From a virus, in IMG/VR virus record IMGVR_UViG_3300033146_001994, positions 1-64,000 of that record: a stretch of DNA of 64,000 nt; one strand, written 5' to 3'. Every line of letters starts with the position of its first letter. The first letter of the stretch is position 1. A program made the position numbers and the translations under genes. Shown here in pieces: positions 50,089-63,800 of the stretch. The notes under the pieces are model-generated. The model was not told where the DNA came from. It made no database searches and worked only from the letters and a program-made list of their open reading frames with translations.

Positions 50089-52722
50089 ATGAAAAATAAA
50101 AACAATCTTACTAGAGATGATGTTTTAATTAATGAGAGATTAAAAGCATATCAAAAAGATTTAATACCTCTGTACCTGAACAAGTTAACAGGCGAGGATA
50201 AGGATAAATTATCTAAAATATATTCAAATAAAACATTTAATAAAAAAGATAAACAGTTTATAGCATCAATTAAAAAATCAATTGCATTAACCCCTGATGA
50301 TATAAATAATTACTTTAAAACTAAAAATATTACAGATAAATCTTTTGATGATTTAAGCTCTACAGTAAAACGCCATAAAAATTATAATACTAAAAATAAA
50401 AACTTGAATGTAAACTTAGATTTTATTCAAGACAATTTGACAAAAACAACTGATATAGAACAGTATGGATTTGGTGGGTGGCTAAAAGAACATGCAGGGG
50501 GAGTTGTAGGAGGACTTACTGCCATAGGAGGAGCTGCCTTAACAATAGGGTCAATGGGTGCATTGGCTCCTGTAGGAGTTGGTCTTATGGCTAGTGGTGC
50601 AAGTGCAATTGCTTCTGATATAAATAAAAGTGAAGCTGCAAATACAGCAATAGATAACGCAGAAGCACAAAAAACTCAATTTGAAAATACTCAAAAAGCC
50701 AATTTTATCCAACAAAAAAATGCTGAATTACTAAGCGAGACTAATACTCCTCAATATGCAATGGGTGGAGGTATAGAATCTTCACAAATACCACAAGGAA
50801 CTTCACAACAAGGTCTTATTCCAAACAATAACTATACAGGACAAACACATGAGGGAGCTGATGGAGGTATTCCAATAGATGCTAATGGTAATCCTGTGGC
50901 AAAAACTAATAATCCTGTGCAAGGATTAGCAGAGGATGGAGAAGTAAGCTATGGAAAATTTATCTTTTCAGACAGACTAAACATTGGTAAATCGAATGTT
51001 TCTTTTGCAGACAAGGCTAAGAAAATTATGTCTAAATATAAAAGTAGATTAGGAAAAGATTTAGAAAAGTACGATAAGCCTGCTGTAGAATCTTTAGATA
51101 GAGAATTACAAGTGCTAAGTGATGAACAAGAAGCACTGAAACAAGCATTAAAAGGAGATGATGCACAACAAGGAATGTCTGGTGAAGAGCAAATCCAACA
51201 ACCTGAACAACAATTAGATGCTGATGGGCAACCTATACAAACACAGATAGAACAATCTCAACAAGAATTAACTCCTGAGCAGTTAAGTCAGTTACAGGCT
51301 ATTCAAGCACAAAGAACACCTCAACAAGAACAGTTACCTCAGGAAGTACCTGCGATGGCATTGGGTGGGGATATACCTCCTGAGAATGTTGTTACTGATG
51401 ATTCTGGTATAACTACTAATACAAATACAAATACTATAGGTACTAACCTTATTAACAATATTGTAAATAACAATGACCCTGCAAAAAGAAAACCTATTGA
51501 GGGATTAAACGCCCTAAATCCTGCTGATATTGTAGAAAATAAAGATGTACAAGATTATCTAAATAAAAATAAATCAGTACAGATACAATATGGCGGTAGT
51601 AATGACCCTAATGTTACAAACTATAGAGTAAAACCTTTAGGTGCAAGAGTTTCTAAAAATTCGATAGGATTTGGTAATGATAGAAGATATGTTTATAATA
51701 TATGGGATAAAGACAACAATGCAATAGAGACATTAACACCTGCAGAATATCAAAACAGACTAAAGTCACAAGAGTATTTAAAAACTCTAAGTAAATATAG
51801 TGTGAATAGAACTCCTGCGGAATCATCTGTATATCCAAATACAATACCAATTCAACAGCGTGTACAAAAGTTAAGTAATGAAGAGTATTTAGCGGCAAAG
51901 TCAAAAGCAATGCCTAGGTATTGGGGTGGTACAAATGACTTATATCAGGTAGATGGAATCAATGATGACCCTCCAAAAGGTTCCTTAGAATGGTCAAATA
52001 ATAATTCCTATTCTAATATTGATGACAGTGAATACTATAATACTGTGAATAATACTCAACATGGAATTGAATCAGATATAAAAACACCTGAATCTTTAAA
52101 TACTTTTAATGGAGGTTCAGTAACTCCTGCTTATATTGGAGCTGGTGCAGCAGTTTTAGGTAATGCAGCTGAAATGATTTCTGCTGATGCTTATGCTGAT
52201 AAATTAAAGGATTCATATACTCCTGCTAAAGCTTATACCTATACACCAAAAGAGATTAGTTTAGGTAAAACTAGAGAAAATGATATAGCTAGAAGTTTAC
52301 AAGCTAGAAGAGAAGCTCTTAGAACCGCAAGAAATTCAGGATTAAAAAATTATACTGATATAGCAATTAATGCTATTTTAGGAGGAAATAATGCATTATC
52401 TGATAGACTTATAAAAAGTGAAGAAGCAGAAGATAATGCCAATGTAACTAACGCCAATAAAGCAAATGCAGTCAATGTTGCATCTAATAATAGAGTTGGA
52501 ATGTTTAATACTAATTTATTGCAGACTTTACAAAATGCAGGTAATAGTACTAAGCATAATGCCACTAACAATTTTATTAATAGTATATCAACTGGTGCAC
52601 AGCATGTAGCAGGTGCTTATCAAGATAGAGAAAGGTTTGCAAATACGACACAGATTATGTCAGAACACTTTATTCCAATGATGGATGAGAATGGTAAACT
52701 TGTATATATACCAAAAAAGTAA
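50089..52722 (+). CDS. Putative ejected cargo protein
   Basis: TM-like Gly/Ala segment, THEG..GGI, E.GEV, FSDRL, repeated xxxGG motifs. Confidence 0.65.
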   Translation: MKNKNNLTRDDVLINERLKAYQKDLIPLYLNKLTGEDKDKLSKIYSNKTFNKKDKQFIASIKKSIALTPDDINNYFKTKNITDKSFDDLSSTVKRHKNYNTKNKNLNVNLDFIQDNLTKTTDIEQYGFGGWLKEHAGGVVGGLTAIGGAALTIGSMGALAPVGVGLMASGASAIASDINKSEAANTAIDNAEAQKTQFENTQKANFIQQKNAELLSETNTPQYAMGGGIESSQIPQGTSQQGLIPNNNYTGQTHEGADGGIPIDANGNPVAKTNNPVQGLAEDGEVSYGKFIFSDRLNIGKSNVSFADKAKKIMSKYKSRLGKDLEKYDKPAVESLDRELQVLSDEQEALKQALKGDDAQQGMSGEEQIQQPEQQLDADGQPIQTQIEQSQQELTPEQLSQLQAIQAQRTPQQEQLPQEVPAMALGGDIPPENVVTDDSGITTNTNTNTIGTNLINNIVNNNDPAKRKPIEGLNALNPADIVENKDVQDYLNKNKSVQIQYGGSNDPNVTNYRVKPLGARVSKNSIGFGNDRRYVYNIWDKDNNAIETLTPAEYQNRLKSQEYLKTLSKYSVNRTPAESSVYPNTIPIQQRVQKLSNEEYLAAKSKAMPRYWGGTNDLYQVDGINDDPPKGSLEWSNNNSYSNIDDSEYYNTVNNTQHGIESDIKTPESLNTFNGGSVTPAYIGAGAAVLGNAAEMISADAYADKLKDSYTPAKAYTYTPKEISLGKTRENDIARSLQARREALRTARNSGLKNYTDIAINAILGGNNALSDRLIKSEEAEDNANVTNANKANAVNVASNNRVGMFNTNLLQTLQNAGNSTKHNATNNFINSISTGAQHVAGAYQDRERFANTTQIMSEHFIPMMDENGKLVYIPKK

Positions 52723-52738
52723 TATTAAATTTTAAACC

Positions 52739-54838
52739 ATGCCTTATAATAATAGATATAATAATTCGTATTCACAACAACCCTTACCTATACAGCAATC
52801 TGCTGATAAAGGTGTGCCTATTATATTGGGGTACAAGCCATCAATTGACCCTAAAGTACTACAAAGCAGTCTTGCAAGAGCAGATGCTAAATGGAATAGC
52901 GCTAAAAATTTACCTGCTACACTAATTACAGAATTGAACAAACATAAAATGTATGCTGCTGATAGAGAGCGTGTGGCTGAAAGTATAAACAAAGGTACAG
53001 ACGATATTGTAGAATTAGTTAAAAATGAATATAATGGTGATTGGAGTAAAGCTTATGATGATATTAAAAACAAAGTGAATACTTTACAGTCAGGAATCAC
53101 ATTAGGTTCTAATAATTATGCAGAGTATAAACCTTATGAAATGATGTTGGCTAAAGAAAGAGCACAGGGTAATAAAATTTATGATGCTAGCGGTATAGGA
53201 GATATCAGAACTAAAGGAACCTTGAGTTTTGATAATAATAGATTAAATACTAGAAAAGATATAGGAACAGAATTTTCAATTTACAATGATTCTAAAATTT
53301 TAGATAATATACATAGAAACATATCAACACCTCTTTCTAATACAGTTTCTTCAATATTATTAAAAAAGTACAACAAAAACGATATTTTAGGAATGTTACA
53401 AAGCGGTACTATTAAAGGTAAAAGTGCCGATGAAGTACGTAGTTATTACAAAAGACTTGCAAATTCTAATCCACAAGTAATTATAGACCAAATGATGTCC
53501 ACAGATGGTTGGAATGCTAAGATGAATAATGAATTGGGAGCTGGTTGGGAAACTGATGCCACTAGAATTGCAAGAGCACAAGACCTATTTGTAAACAATA
53601 TTGCATCACAGGTAACAAAACAAGTACAGCTTAATTATAGTAGAGACCCTAGTTTTACAAAAACTGTACCGCCATCTTCATCACAGCATGGATTATATGG
53701 AGATTCTACAACTGTAATAGCTAATACAGATGTAGCCCATTTTACTCCTGATGCTAAAAAAGATATAGATATATCTAAAGTTAGTAGTAAAACAGCAACA
53801 AGTCCAAGTGCAACGCCCTTACAAAAATATGCATTTCAACATAAGAAATTTGTTTATAGTGCTGCTAGAAAGAAAAGACAGGATGTAATAGATAAATTAG
53901 GTATTAAAGATGAAATAAAAGCACAACTTAACACATACTTAAAATTAGCGGATAAAGGCATACTGCACTCCACTGCAAATATTTCAAATTTTAGTACTGC
54001 TTCCACTCCTGACCCAATATCTAATAATAATATAGATGGTAAATTAAGTGAAGCAGATATACAAATGCTCAAGAATGTAGGAATTAAAACTGTAGGGGAT
54101 TTTGACAACTTGTATAATCTACATAAGAAAGTAGGAACTGCATTAGGATACCGTATGATACCTCCAACCATCAATGATTTAGCCAATGATGAATTTCAAA
54201 ACATGGATTTGCCTGTATCACATATCTCAATAACAAATATAAGTGGCAATGATGCAAAGACAAATATGTTTAGGTATTTACCTACTCTAAGTGAAATTAT
54301 TAATAAAGAACGACCAGTTAATATGGCAAATGCTACTGAAACTACTGCATGGGGGGATGATGGAGCTATAATTACTCTTAACGCTCACAAGGATGCTAAT
54401 TCATTTAAAGATTATATAATACCTATTAGAAGCTTGACAGAGGATGCTGCTAAAACACTATCTGCAAAATCAAAAAACCCTATGTATTGGATAGATAATA
54501 AGTATGGAGCAAAATTAACAAAAATAAAAACTACTTCTACAGGCAATACCCCTGATGAATTATATAATAATGCAATGCCCGCAGAAGAATTATTAGGGTT
54601 TAGCAATGTTAAAGGTAAAGTAATATATGATGCTAGTAGAAAGGAATATGCAATACTTATAAAAGATGCTGAAAATAAAATTAGTAAGATTCCTTCATTA
54701 TCAAGGTTACAAGTTATAGATACTTTATTAAGTCTAAACAAAGTTGATAATGCTAGTGCAAAAATAAACCTAAATATAATTAAAGAATTTCAATCTAACT
54801 CTTCTGAAATAAAAGAGCGTAAAAAAGATGTATACTAA
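52739..54838 (+). CDS. Putative cargo protein
   Basis: 699 aa between the cargo gene and the giant ORF. Confidence 0.6.
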   Translation: MPYNNRYNNSYSQQPLPIQQSADKGVPIILGYKPSIDPKVLQSSLARADAKWNSAKNLPATLITELNKHKMYAADRERVAESINKGTDDIVELVKNEYNGDWSKAYDDIKNKVNTLQSGITLGSNNYAEYKPYEMMLAKERAQGNKIYDASGIGDIRTKGTLSFDNNRLNTRKDIGTEFSIYNDSKILDNIHRNISTPLSNTVSSILLKKYNKNDILGMLQSGTIKGKSADEVRSYYKRLANSNPQVIIDQMMSTDGWNAKMNNELGAGWETDATRIARAQDLFVNNIASQVTKQVQLNYSRDPSFTKTVPPSSSQHGLYGDSTTVIANTDVAHFTPDAKKDIDISKVSSKTATSPSATPLQKYAFQHKKFVYSAARKKRQDVIDKLGIKDEIKAQLNTYLKLADKGILHSTANISNFSTASTPDPISNNNIDGKLSEADIQMLKNVGIKTVGDFDNLYNLHKKVGTALGYRMIPPTINDLANDEFQNMDLPVSHISITNISGNDAKTNMFRYLPTLSEIINKERPVNMANATETTAWGDDGAIITLNAHKDANSFKDYIIPIRSLTEDAAKTLSAKSKNPMYWIDNKYGAKLTKIKTTSTGNTPDELYNNAMPAEELLGFSNVKGKVIYDASRKEYAILIKDAENKISKIPSLSRLQVIDTLLSLNKVDNASAKINLNIIKEFQSNSSEIKERKKDVY

Positions 54839-54853
54839 TAAAACACAAAAAAG

Positions 54854-57800
54854 ATGCTAAATCCTGAAATAAATAAAACAAATATTGAAAGTACTGAAAT
54901 TGATGGTAATAAAGTGACACCTATTATAAATAAAAATATAAAAGGTACATCTACATCTACAAGAATTAATACTGCTTTAGATGATATTCCAGTAGTTGAT
55001 ATGGAAACAATTAGTTCTAATTTGAAAAAAGCAGAGCTTACAAAAAATAAAGAGGATGAAATACCTCCTGAACAACAGGTTACTAATGCTCTAAGTGAGA
55101 TGGAGGAAATAGATATAAACAGTATACCTAAGTATAAAACTAATATAGACAGTAGATTTAAAGATACATTTGATACTAAAGAATTTAAAATAGGTTCAGA
55201 TGTATATGAGCTAATAGATGACTATGCTGACTATACTGACCAAGAAAATGGAGATTTTAGTTATTCTCAAATATTGAATAAGTATGGTAGTTTCTACGAA
55301 GCTGATGCACAAACACAGGGAGGATTTACTAAAGTAATGAAAGGTATTCCTAGAATTTTAACACGTGCTACACATGATGTTGTTGATATGGGATTACACA
55401 CAGCAGGATTTGCTAGATGGATATTTAAAGATGGATTAGATAAAAATAAATTTGTAGATGTAGTAGATAACTCATATACAAGAGCAGCAGATAATTTCTT
55501 TAAAGAATTAGATAATGCTGCATTAACTAAAATTTATAATAGGGCTGAATATAATACAGCTAATTTTGGAAGTTCTTTAATGTCAGCAGAATTTTGGGGT
55601 GAAGATGCTGCATCAGGAATAGGTTCATTCTTATCTTTCCTAGTTCCTGGAGCTGCTTTAAAAGTACTTAACATATCAAAAGGATTAGAACTATTAGGTA
55701 TGGGAGCTAAACTTGCAGGTAAAATGGAAGTTGGTATAGGTGCAGGTATTAATACTGTAATGGAATCTAGTGCAGAAGCAGCAGGGGTAGTTAATGATTT
55801 GAAAGCACAAGGTATTACAGATAGAAATGTTTTAAGTGTACAAGGATTAAAGTCATTTGCAGATAACGTACTTATCACAGCTGCTCCAAATATGATAATG
55901 CAAGGATTAATGTTTGGTAAAAGTTCGCCTAATAAATTTAAAACTGCAAACGGGTTATGGAAAAATCCTAAACAGATTATATCTGAAATGTCTGTAGGAA
56001 ATACTTTAAAAACAATTGGAGAACCTTTAATTTCAGAGGGTGCAGAAGAAATATTTCAATATGGCTCAGAACAAAATCGTTCAAATAAAGAAGATTTTGA
56101 AGAAAACTATTTTACTGGGATGTTAAATAGTATAAAGCGTACAGCAGTTGGACTAGGTGAAACTGAAGGACAAAAATCCCTATTTTTAGGTTCTTTACTA
56201 GGTGCTCTTGGAGGAGTACGTGGAGCTGTTAGAGATAAAAAAGCACGACTTAGTACTGCTGAGGGTTTAAGAAAGTCACTTACAGAAATTAATAATTCTT
56301 TTATTGGATTAGAAAATCTTTATAAAACTAAAGTAGAGTATGATGATGCTGGTAATCCTACAATAAAACTAGACTTAAAAGATGGATTGATTGTAGAGAA
56401 AGACCCTGAGAAAATATATAAAGAGTTACAACGTATTGGAGGATTATATGCAAGGTCTGTTGTAATAGAGGCATTACACATTAAAAATGCAGGTGAAGTA
56501 GATGCATCTGCCAAAATAGAGGAATTGCCTTTATCAATAGAACAAAAAGATTATATTAATTCTCTTTCTGAAAAAGCTGCAAAAGAAGCATATAGTGATG
56601 AAATGAATAATTCTATTTTAGAATGGATTATTCCACATTTAGCAGTTGAGGGAGGAGCAGAAGTAGCTAATAATAAATTAGATGAAGTTTTAAACAGTAG
56701 TAGTATTGTAGGAAAATATCTAAAAGAATCTAAATTAACAGACTTTTTTAAAGAGCAGATAAACTCACTGCAAGAAGAATATATAGATTTAGAAACACAT
56801 CCTGAGAAATTAAAAGTAACTGCTAAAACAGACAAGCATATAAAATATAAAAATGCTTTTATAGAGAGATTGAAGATAATGAAATTATCTGCACTTTTTA
56901 ATACTAATTTACTTGATGCTAAAATTAAAGATAAAGAAGCTGAAATTGAAAAGCTATTAAAAGCTTCTGAAGATTTAAGCAAATCTGCTGAATTTGCATA
57001 TGCTAAAAAGAGAGGCACTAGACGTAAAAAGTCAAATAATACGGCAAGAAATAGAGAATTAAAAGCTCAAATACAGCAAAAAAAAGAAGAGTTTAAAAAT
57101 CTAACAGATAATAATTTACAGGATAATAAAGACATACAGAAAGAAATTCAAGAACTAGAAAAAGAACAAAAGAAAGTTCAAGAACAAGAAACTCAAGAAC
57201 AGTTAGAGCAAGAAAAAACACAGAGTAAGGTACATCCTGAATATGCACTTGAGCATAAACGTCTTGCAAGTGAATTAAAAGCTCTATATGAAGAAAAAGA
57301 ATATTTTCAAAAACAATCAGCAGGATTAACAAATAAAAATTCTAGACAAGACTTGTTTGATAACTTTGTAGGAATTAAATATAAAAATAAATATAAACAG
57401 GCTAAGTATGAAGCTGAACAGAATTTAAAAAAAGAAAAACAGACTGCTGAAAGATATTCCATAATCACAGCAAATCAATATAATTCTAAACTAAGAAAAT
57501 TACAATTAGACCTTAATTCTGTCAATGTAAATAAGATAAGTGAGACATTAGATAAATATACTAAGGATATAAATGAAGATACTAAATTATCAGATGAGCA
57601 TAAAAAGACTTTATTAGACACAATCTCAAAATTTAAGAGTGTTTTGGATGAAGTCAATTCTACTAGAAATGTACAGGTAGAAGCTTTAAATATGATGTTA
57701 AATAACAACGTAGAGGGCTTACAACAATTATTAACAGATATATCAAACGATAAAAATTTATCTACAAAAGAATACACAATACTGAATATTTATGTAAATA

Positions 57801-60800
57801 AATTATTAGATGATTTAATGATATATGGTGCTGTAAGAGTTGCAGCTAAATCAATAGCAAGAAGTACAATAGATAAAAACGGTAAAAAAGTAACAGTTAT
57901 TACAGATGTAATAAATAATGATTTTGAAGAAGCTAATGAGAAAAATAAAAAGAAAATAGATTCTTACAATGCTACTGGCATTTTAGAAAAGGAGCCTACT
58001 AAAAAGTCTACTAAAGAGCCTACTAAGAAATCTGTCAGAAATGTTACTAAAGATACTGCTAAAAATGTTCTACTTGCAATTTTACAGCATGGTACAGAAC
58101 GTGAAAAAGTACTAGCTAAAAATCTTCTTAATGTATTAGATTTTAGTGCAATTAAATTTGAATATAGTAATGAATTGAATGCTCCTGGGAAGCATAATAA
58201 AGGAACAATAACAATAAATACTAAACTAAGTATTAATGCTACTACATTACATGAATATTTACATGCACTTCTTTATCAAAAAGACTCAACTGAGTATTTT
58301 AATACTATAAAGGCTATTTTTGAATCTACTCTTAAATCATTTGAAGAAAATGCTGATGAAGCTTCAAAAGAGATGTATAAAAGAATGACAGAAGCTTTTA
58401 ATAAAAACCATAATCTAAAAGACTTCCTTGACAGCTTAACTGATGAGGAAGTAGTACTTGCTGAGAAACTATATGGATTATTAAACGAAAGTGAATTTCA
58501 TTCTACTATTACAACTGATGAGGATTTTCAAAGATATTTAGATAGCTTAGGAATTAAAGTAGATGGTATTTCTGTAGTAAAAAGAACTTTAAAAACATTC
58601 TTTAAAGAAATTTTAAAAATATTTAACAGCTTTACAGGCAAGATTTTAAAAAAAGATGACCCTCTTTATCAAAGCTTAGTTGCATTAGCAAACTTGCAGA
58701 CAGTAGAAGATGTTTCTACCGTTGAAAATGAAAGTACTGAAAATGAAAGTACTAAAAATGCTACTGACGATATTACTGTAACAGAAGAACTTATTAAGAA
58801 TGAACCTATTAGTCCTGAAAATCCTATTGAGCCTAAAAATCCTATTGAACCTATTGAACCTAATGATAATAATTTTCCTGATGCACCAAATCCTATACCT
58901 GATTTAGAAGTATCTCAAGTAGATAATATAGAAAATGAAAATGAAAATACTAATGAACCTGATTTTAAACAGGATGATGTAGTAATTTATAAAGGAGAGG
59001 TTTATACTGTTGTAAGACTTACTAAAGCACGAGTTGTTATTGCAGATGTTAATAATAATACTAAAGCTGTACATCCAAAATCACTTACATTAGAATCTTC
59101 CAATACTGTTATAGACGAATTTGAAGATACTCAAAAAACTGTAAAAATAAATACAGAGAATGAGATAAAAGCAGAACAATATTCCGTCAAAGAAGTTGAA
59201 TCTATTGATAATGAAACTACCACAAATGAAGAATTCCAAACAAAGGCTAATGCTGTAGCGCATAAAACTATTGAGGATGTTGGCAATGCAGATGGTACAC
59301 ATAGCTCTAAAGAAGTAACTAATACAGGACGTAATCTAATTGATGCTCACTTACAAAAAGGAGATAAAGTTACACTTGTCGCTGTTGATGATGATAGTAT
59401 TGAAATGTATACTTTTGATGAAGCGGGTAATAGAAAAACTACTACTTGGGGAGAATTTAAAAAAACAGCCTCAAGTCAAGAAGATATTATAGATTACCAA
59501 CCTATAGGAATTTACTCCAATGGTAAATTAATTGGATATATACATACTTCTGATTGGGTTTTTAATAATGCAGAAACATTTGAAAATGGTGTAAAAGAGT
59601 CTGAAAAGTTACATAATATTAGAAAAGATATTTTAGTTAAAGAGGGGAATATAGAGGTAAAAGTAGAAAGTGTTACAGGTGGAGTACTGTCAATTGCAGA
59701 AGTAGCTAAAAATGGAATTTTTTATCCTGAGAAAGATACATTGGAAAATAGAATATCTGAGGATACTCCTATTATAATAATGCATGCTAATGGTTCCATT
59801 TCATCTACACATAATATAAATACTACTGAACTTCTTGAAAATAATACTAATCTTATTTATGGTCATCCATACATTGTAATTAAAGACTTAAACGGTTCAT
59901 TACGTGCTGTTGCAATTAGGCATAATACATTAGATAATTTACTTGCTTTAAATCCTACACATACCATTAAAGCACTAGTTGCAGCTGCAATATTCTCAAC
60001 TACAAAGGGCAATTTAGATTCAATAGAATTTGAACCTTTTAAAAATCTTGTAGCGAAAGGTATTGAATATGCTAAACAACTAAATATTGATATTACACCT
60101 GACAATGTAGCTAAATATTCTCTAACAGGTGAAAATGGGTCTACCTTATCTTTAGTAAATTATATCTCACAATTTCTTTATCAACAATCAGACGGGGAAT
60201 TTGAAAACGCTGTACAAGAACAATCAACTAAAAAGAATGGTAAACCTGCTTTTAAATTTAAGGTAGTTACCGTAAATAATATAAATACCTTACAGTTCAA
60301 TTTCATATCTGAATTTCTTACAGCTAATGGAGATGATGGAGTGAGATTTATAAATCTAATGAACTCTAAAGCAAACGTAATTTCAAACCAACGGAAAATA
60401 TTAAATATATTAAATGGGTCATTTACAGATGCACTAAGTGCACAAAGAACTAATCTTAATGCAGAAGCACTTAGAAACAATAGAACTATTAAGGTAGTAA
60501 ATGAATCCAATGGAGAAATAGAAACACTTGATTATAATACTTATGCTAGGAAAGCTACAACTACTATATTGGAAGCTTCTAAGGATAATGATGATAATTT
60601 ATATCATTTCATTCAACCTACAGTTAGATTGGATTTAAGTTCTATTAAGGATAATTCTAAGCGTACACAGCTTACAGAAGAGGAAATATCATCAATTACA
60701 CCTTCTGCTACCAACAACAATGTGGTAGAAGCTGATACAGGTGAGGGGCTTGATGATGAATTTGCATTTACACATAGAGACTTAAAGGAATTAAAAGAAT

Positions 60801-63800
60801 CAACTGAAAATTTACTAGTACATGGTACTACACTTAAGTTGCAAACTAGAATTTTAAATGTCCTGAATACAGAAGTATATAATTATATATTGAAAGAGGG
60901 CAATATTTCTAATGGGTATAAGCTTAGTGGAGCTAAAATAGAAGCTTTTTTAGATTCTAAGATAGAAGAATTAAAACATAATGTAGAATTAACTAAAACT
61001 GAGCCTAATAAAAAAGCTAATAGGATAGGGAGATATTCTAAAACACAGTATAAAAGCTTAGATAAAATATTAAATTCCTCTGATACTATCAAATATAATA
61101 TAAAAAGAGCCTTAAATACTACTTTAGGTATTACACACAGTGAGGAACTTGAAGATTTAATTAATGATTCAAGAGGTAAACAACAAAATTGGGATATGGA
61201 TTCTTTTCAAATTAATCCTAATATTGGAATATCAGCAGAAGTAAAAATCTTTTTAAGTACCCTCACTACTGGGAAATTCTTAGGGTTTAATATGTCAAGA
61301 AGTATGAATGATTCATTTAAAATACTTAGGAATGTATTAAAAGATTTACCTCCAAACAAAAAGGTAATGTTAAATGAACTAGCTAAATTTACAAAGGCTT
61401 ATCCTGAGTTTAAAATACTAATTGAAAAATTAAATGATGCTTCTAATCAACAAATTTCAAATAAATTTGTATCTCAAATGTGCGGACATGTTGCTAGTGG
61501 AGTATTTATATTTGAAAATACTGCGTATAGTAAGGATTCAAAGAAAACAGAAACTGTTGTAACAGTAGAAAAATCAGACGCAAATGATATAACAAAAGTA
61601 ATCTTAAATAAGTGGGCAAAAAACTTATTTGATTCTAAGTATGTAAAATTAGAAAATGGAGAACATTACTTTACAGATAAAAAAGGAATAATAAAAGAAC
61701 TTGAAAGTATAAAAGTTGTAAATATAGCAACACTTAAACCCGTACTAGATGCTTTAGGTATAAAACTATCTGATGAACTTTACAATGAAATTGAAACAGG
61801 TAAGTATTTTTATAAAGGTAAAAAAGTTACACTTACTGTAGTACGTAATTTAGTAAAACTTACACTAACTTCTAGTAAAGATACTGCAAGTACTGCTGCA
61901 AGGAATGTCAGTCTAGAGACCTCAAATATATTTGGTCAGACTTTCCTAAAAGCTTTAGCAAAAGAGGATTCTAAATATAATGCTACTGAGACAGCAAATG
62001 CTCACATGGAGGGTACTAAAAAAGTATATTCTTATGGATTAAATTATAGGCTAAAACAATTAGAAGCAAAACTGTTAGGCAAATTTGATAATTTCAGTTC
62101 TTATGCAAAGGGCACATTTACTTCTATATTTTCAAGAAATTCCGCATGGCTAAAGAATGCTTACTATATAGATAAGGATGGTAATATCAAGCCTAGAGAA
62201 AATAGCTCATTTTTAGCTAACTTTGCTATTGGAACAGTTTCTTTACAAGCACATAAGAAAGCAAAAGCAAAAAACAAAGACAATGCAGATTTTAGAGCTA
62301 TTGAAAGAAAAGAAAAAGAGATAACTGCATTAGGATTTATGCATGCTAGTAGAACAGATAATTCAGGAAATAATGATAGAATTATTTCTTTGTTGTACTT
62401 AACACCATCTAATAAAAAGAAATCACCAATTGTCACTGTACCTGCATTTAAAGCTAATTTTAAACCTTTCAGTGCAGAAAACGATAACTATGAGTATACA
62501 GAAGAAACTATACAGAGAATGTTTGAACAACTGGTTGCTCCTGAACTTGATAGAATACGTTCTTTTGAACAACTGGAAGCTGTAAATAAATTAGACATAG
62601 CTACTAATTATAAGAATGGCTATAAGGCTTTTTACACAATACCTGCTTTAAACGCTTTATACATTAATGAAGATGGAAGTTTAAGAGCTGATTATAATTC
62701 AGATAATGTGAGAAGAAGAGCTAAAAAGTTAATGTTGAGTACATTAAGCAAATTAACTTCCGAAACAACAGACTATTGGGTAAAAGAGGGAATTGGTGTA
62801 ACTACTGACAGATTTAATAGCCCACATATAAATAGTAAATTTCTAAGCAGTGAGCATGTTACTTTAGATAAAAGGACACCTAGAAAATTATTAGTCTCAA
62901 TCGCATTAGATTTTAACTTACAATATTTAATAGGCAATGCCAATATGGCAATGACCCTTGCTGGAGATATTGCATCCTTTTATAAAGGAAAAGTTCCAAT
63001 TCAAAACCTTTCTGCTGAGGATAAAAATGCAGCTATACAGGTAGCATTTGAAAATTTAGGTAAGCGTCTAGCTAAAGATATTGCTCCTGGAACAGAATAT
63101 ACAGATAATACAGAAGATGGCTCAGAATCAAATATAACATATGCTGTAGCGGCTGATTTAAGATTAGATTCTAATGCCTTAGAAGAAATAAAAAAAGTAT
63201 CTAATGAAAATAACTTTAAAGGAATAACTGCAACAGATGCACAAGAATTTGTAACATTTACACATAGATTAAGTTTACTTGCTAGGGATGGTAGTATATC
63301 AGAAATACTGGCTGATAAAATTATAAATATTGTAAAAAGTGAAATAAAAAAAGGAAATCACTTTTACATGGATAATGTTAGAGCAATTTTGTCACCTAAA
63401 GAACTTAAAGAGTTCAATACAATAATATTTAAACCTACTAAATTGGAGTATACTGGAAATACTTTTAATAAAGTGGATGCAGATACAAATATTAAACAAG
63501 AACTATATGTTAAATCTTCTGATATTGTATTACAACAGGAAGAGCTTTATGGAAAACAATTAGATAAGGTTAGAATTGCAATGGAAAAAGCAGAGGTTGA
63601 CAGACTGCCTTTTAGTACTGCTGCAAAAATTTCAGGACAGTCAAATGAGAAACATGTAAAGCTGTTTAATGAAACTGGTGATGTATTAGATGTTGAAACT
63701 ATTACAGAAAATTTAAATAATGGAAAATTTGTAGTTTCACTTAGAGGACTAAAAGAACAGCAAAAATTACCCTCTCACGGAGAAAACTCACACATAAATA

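Noticed and set aside
917-62436. Numerous minus-strand ORFs in the track
   Set aside because: They are antisense shadows of long + strand genes or lie in the intron, with no recognisable motifs.
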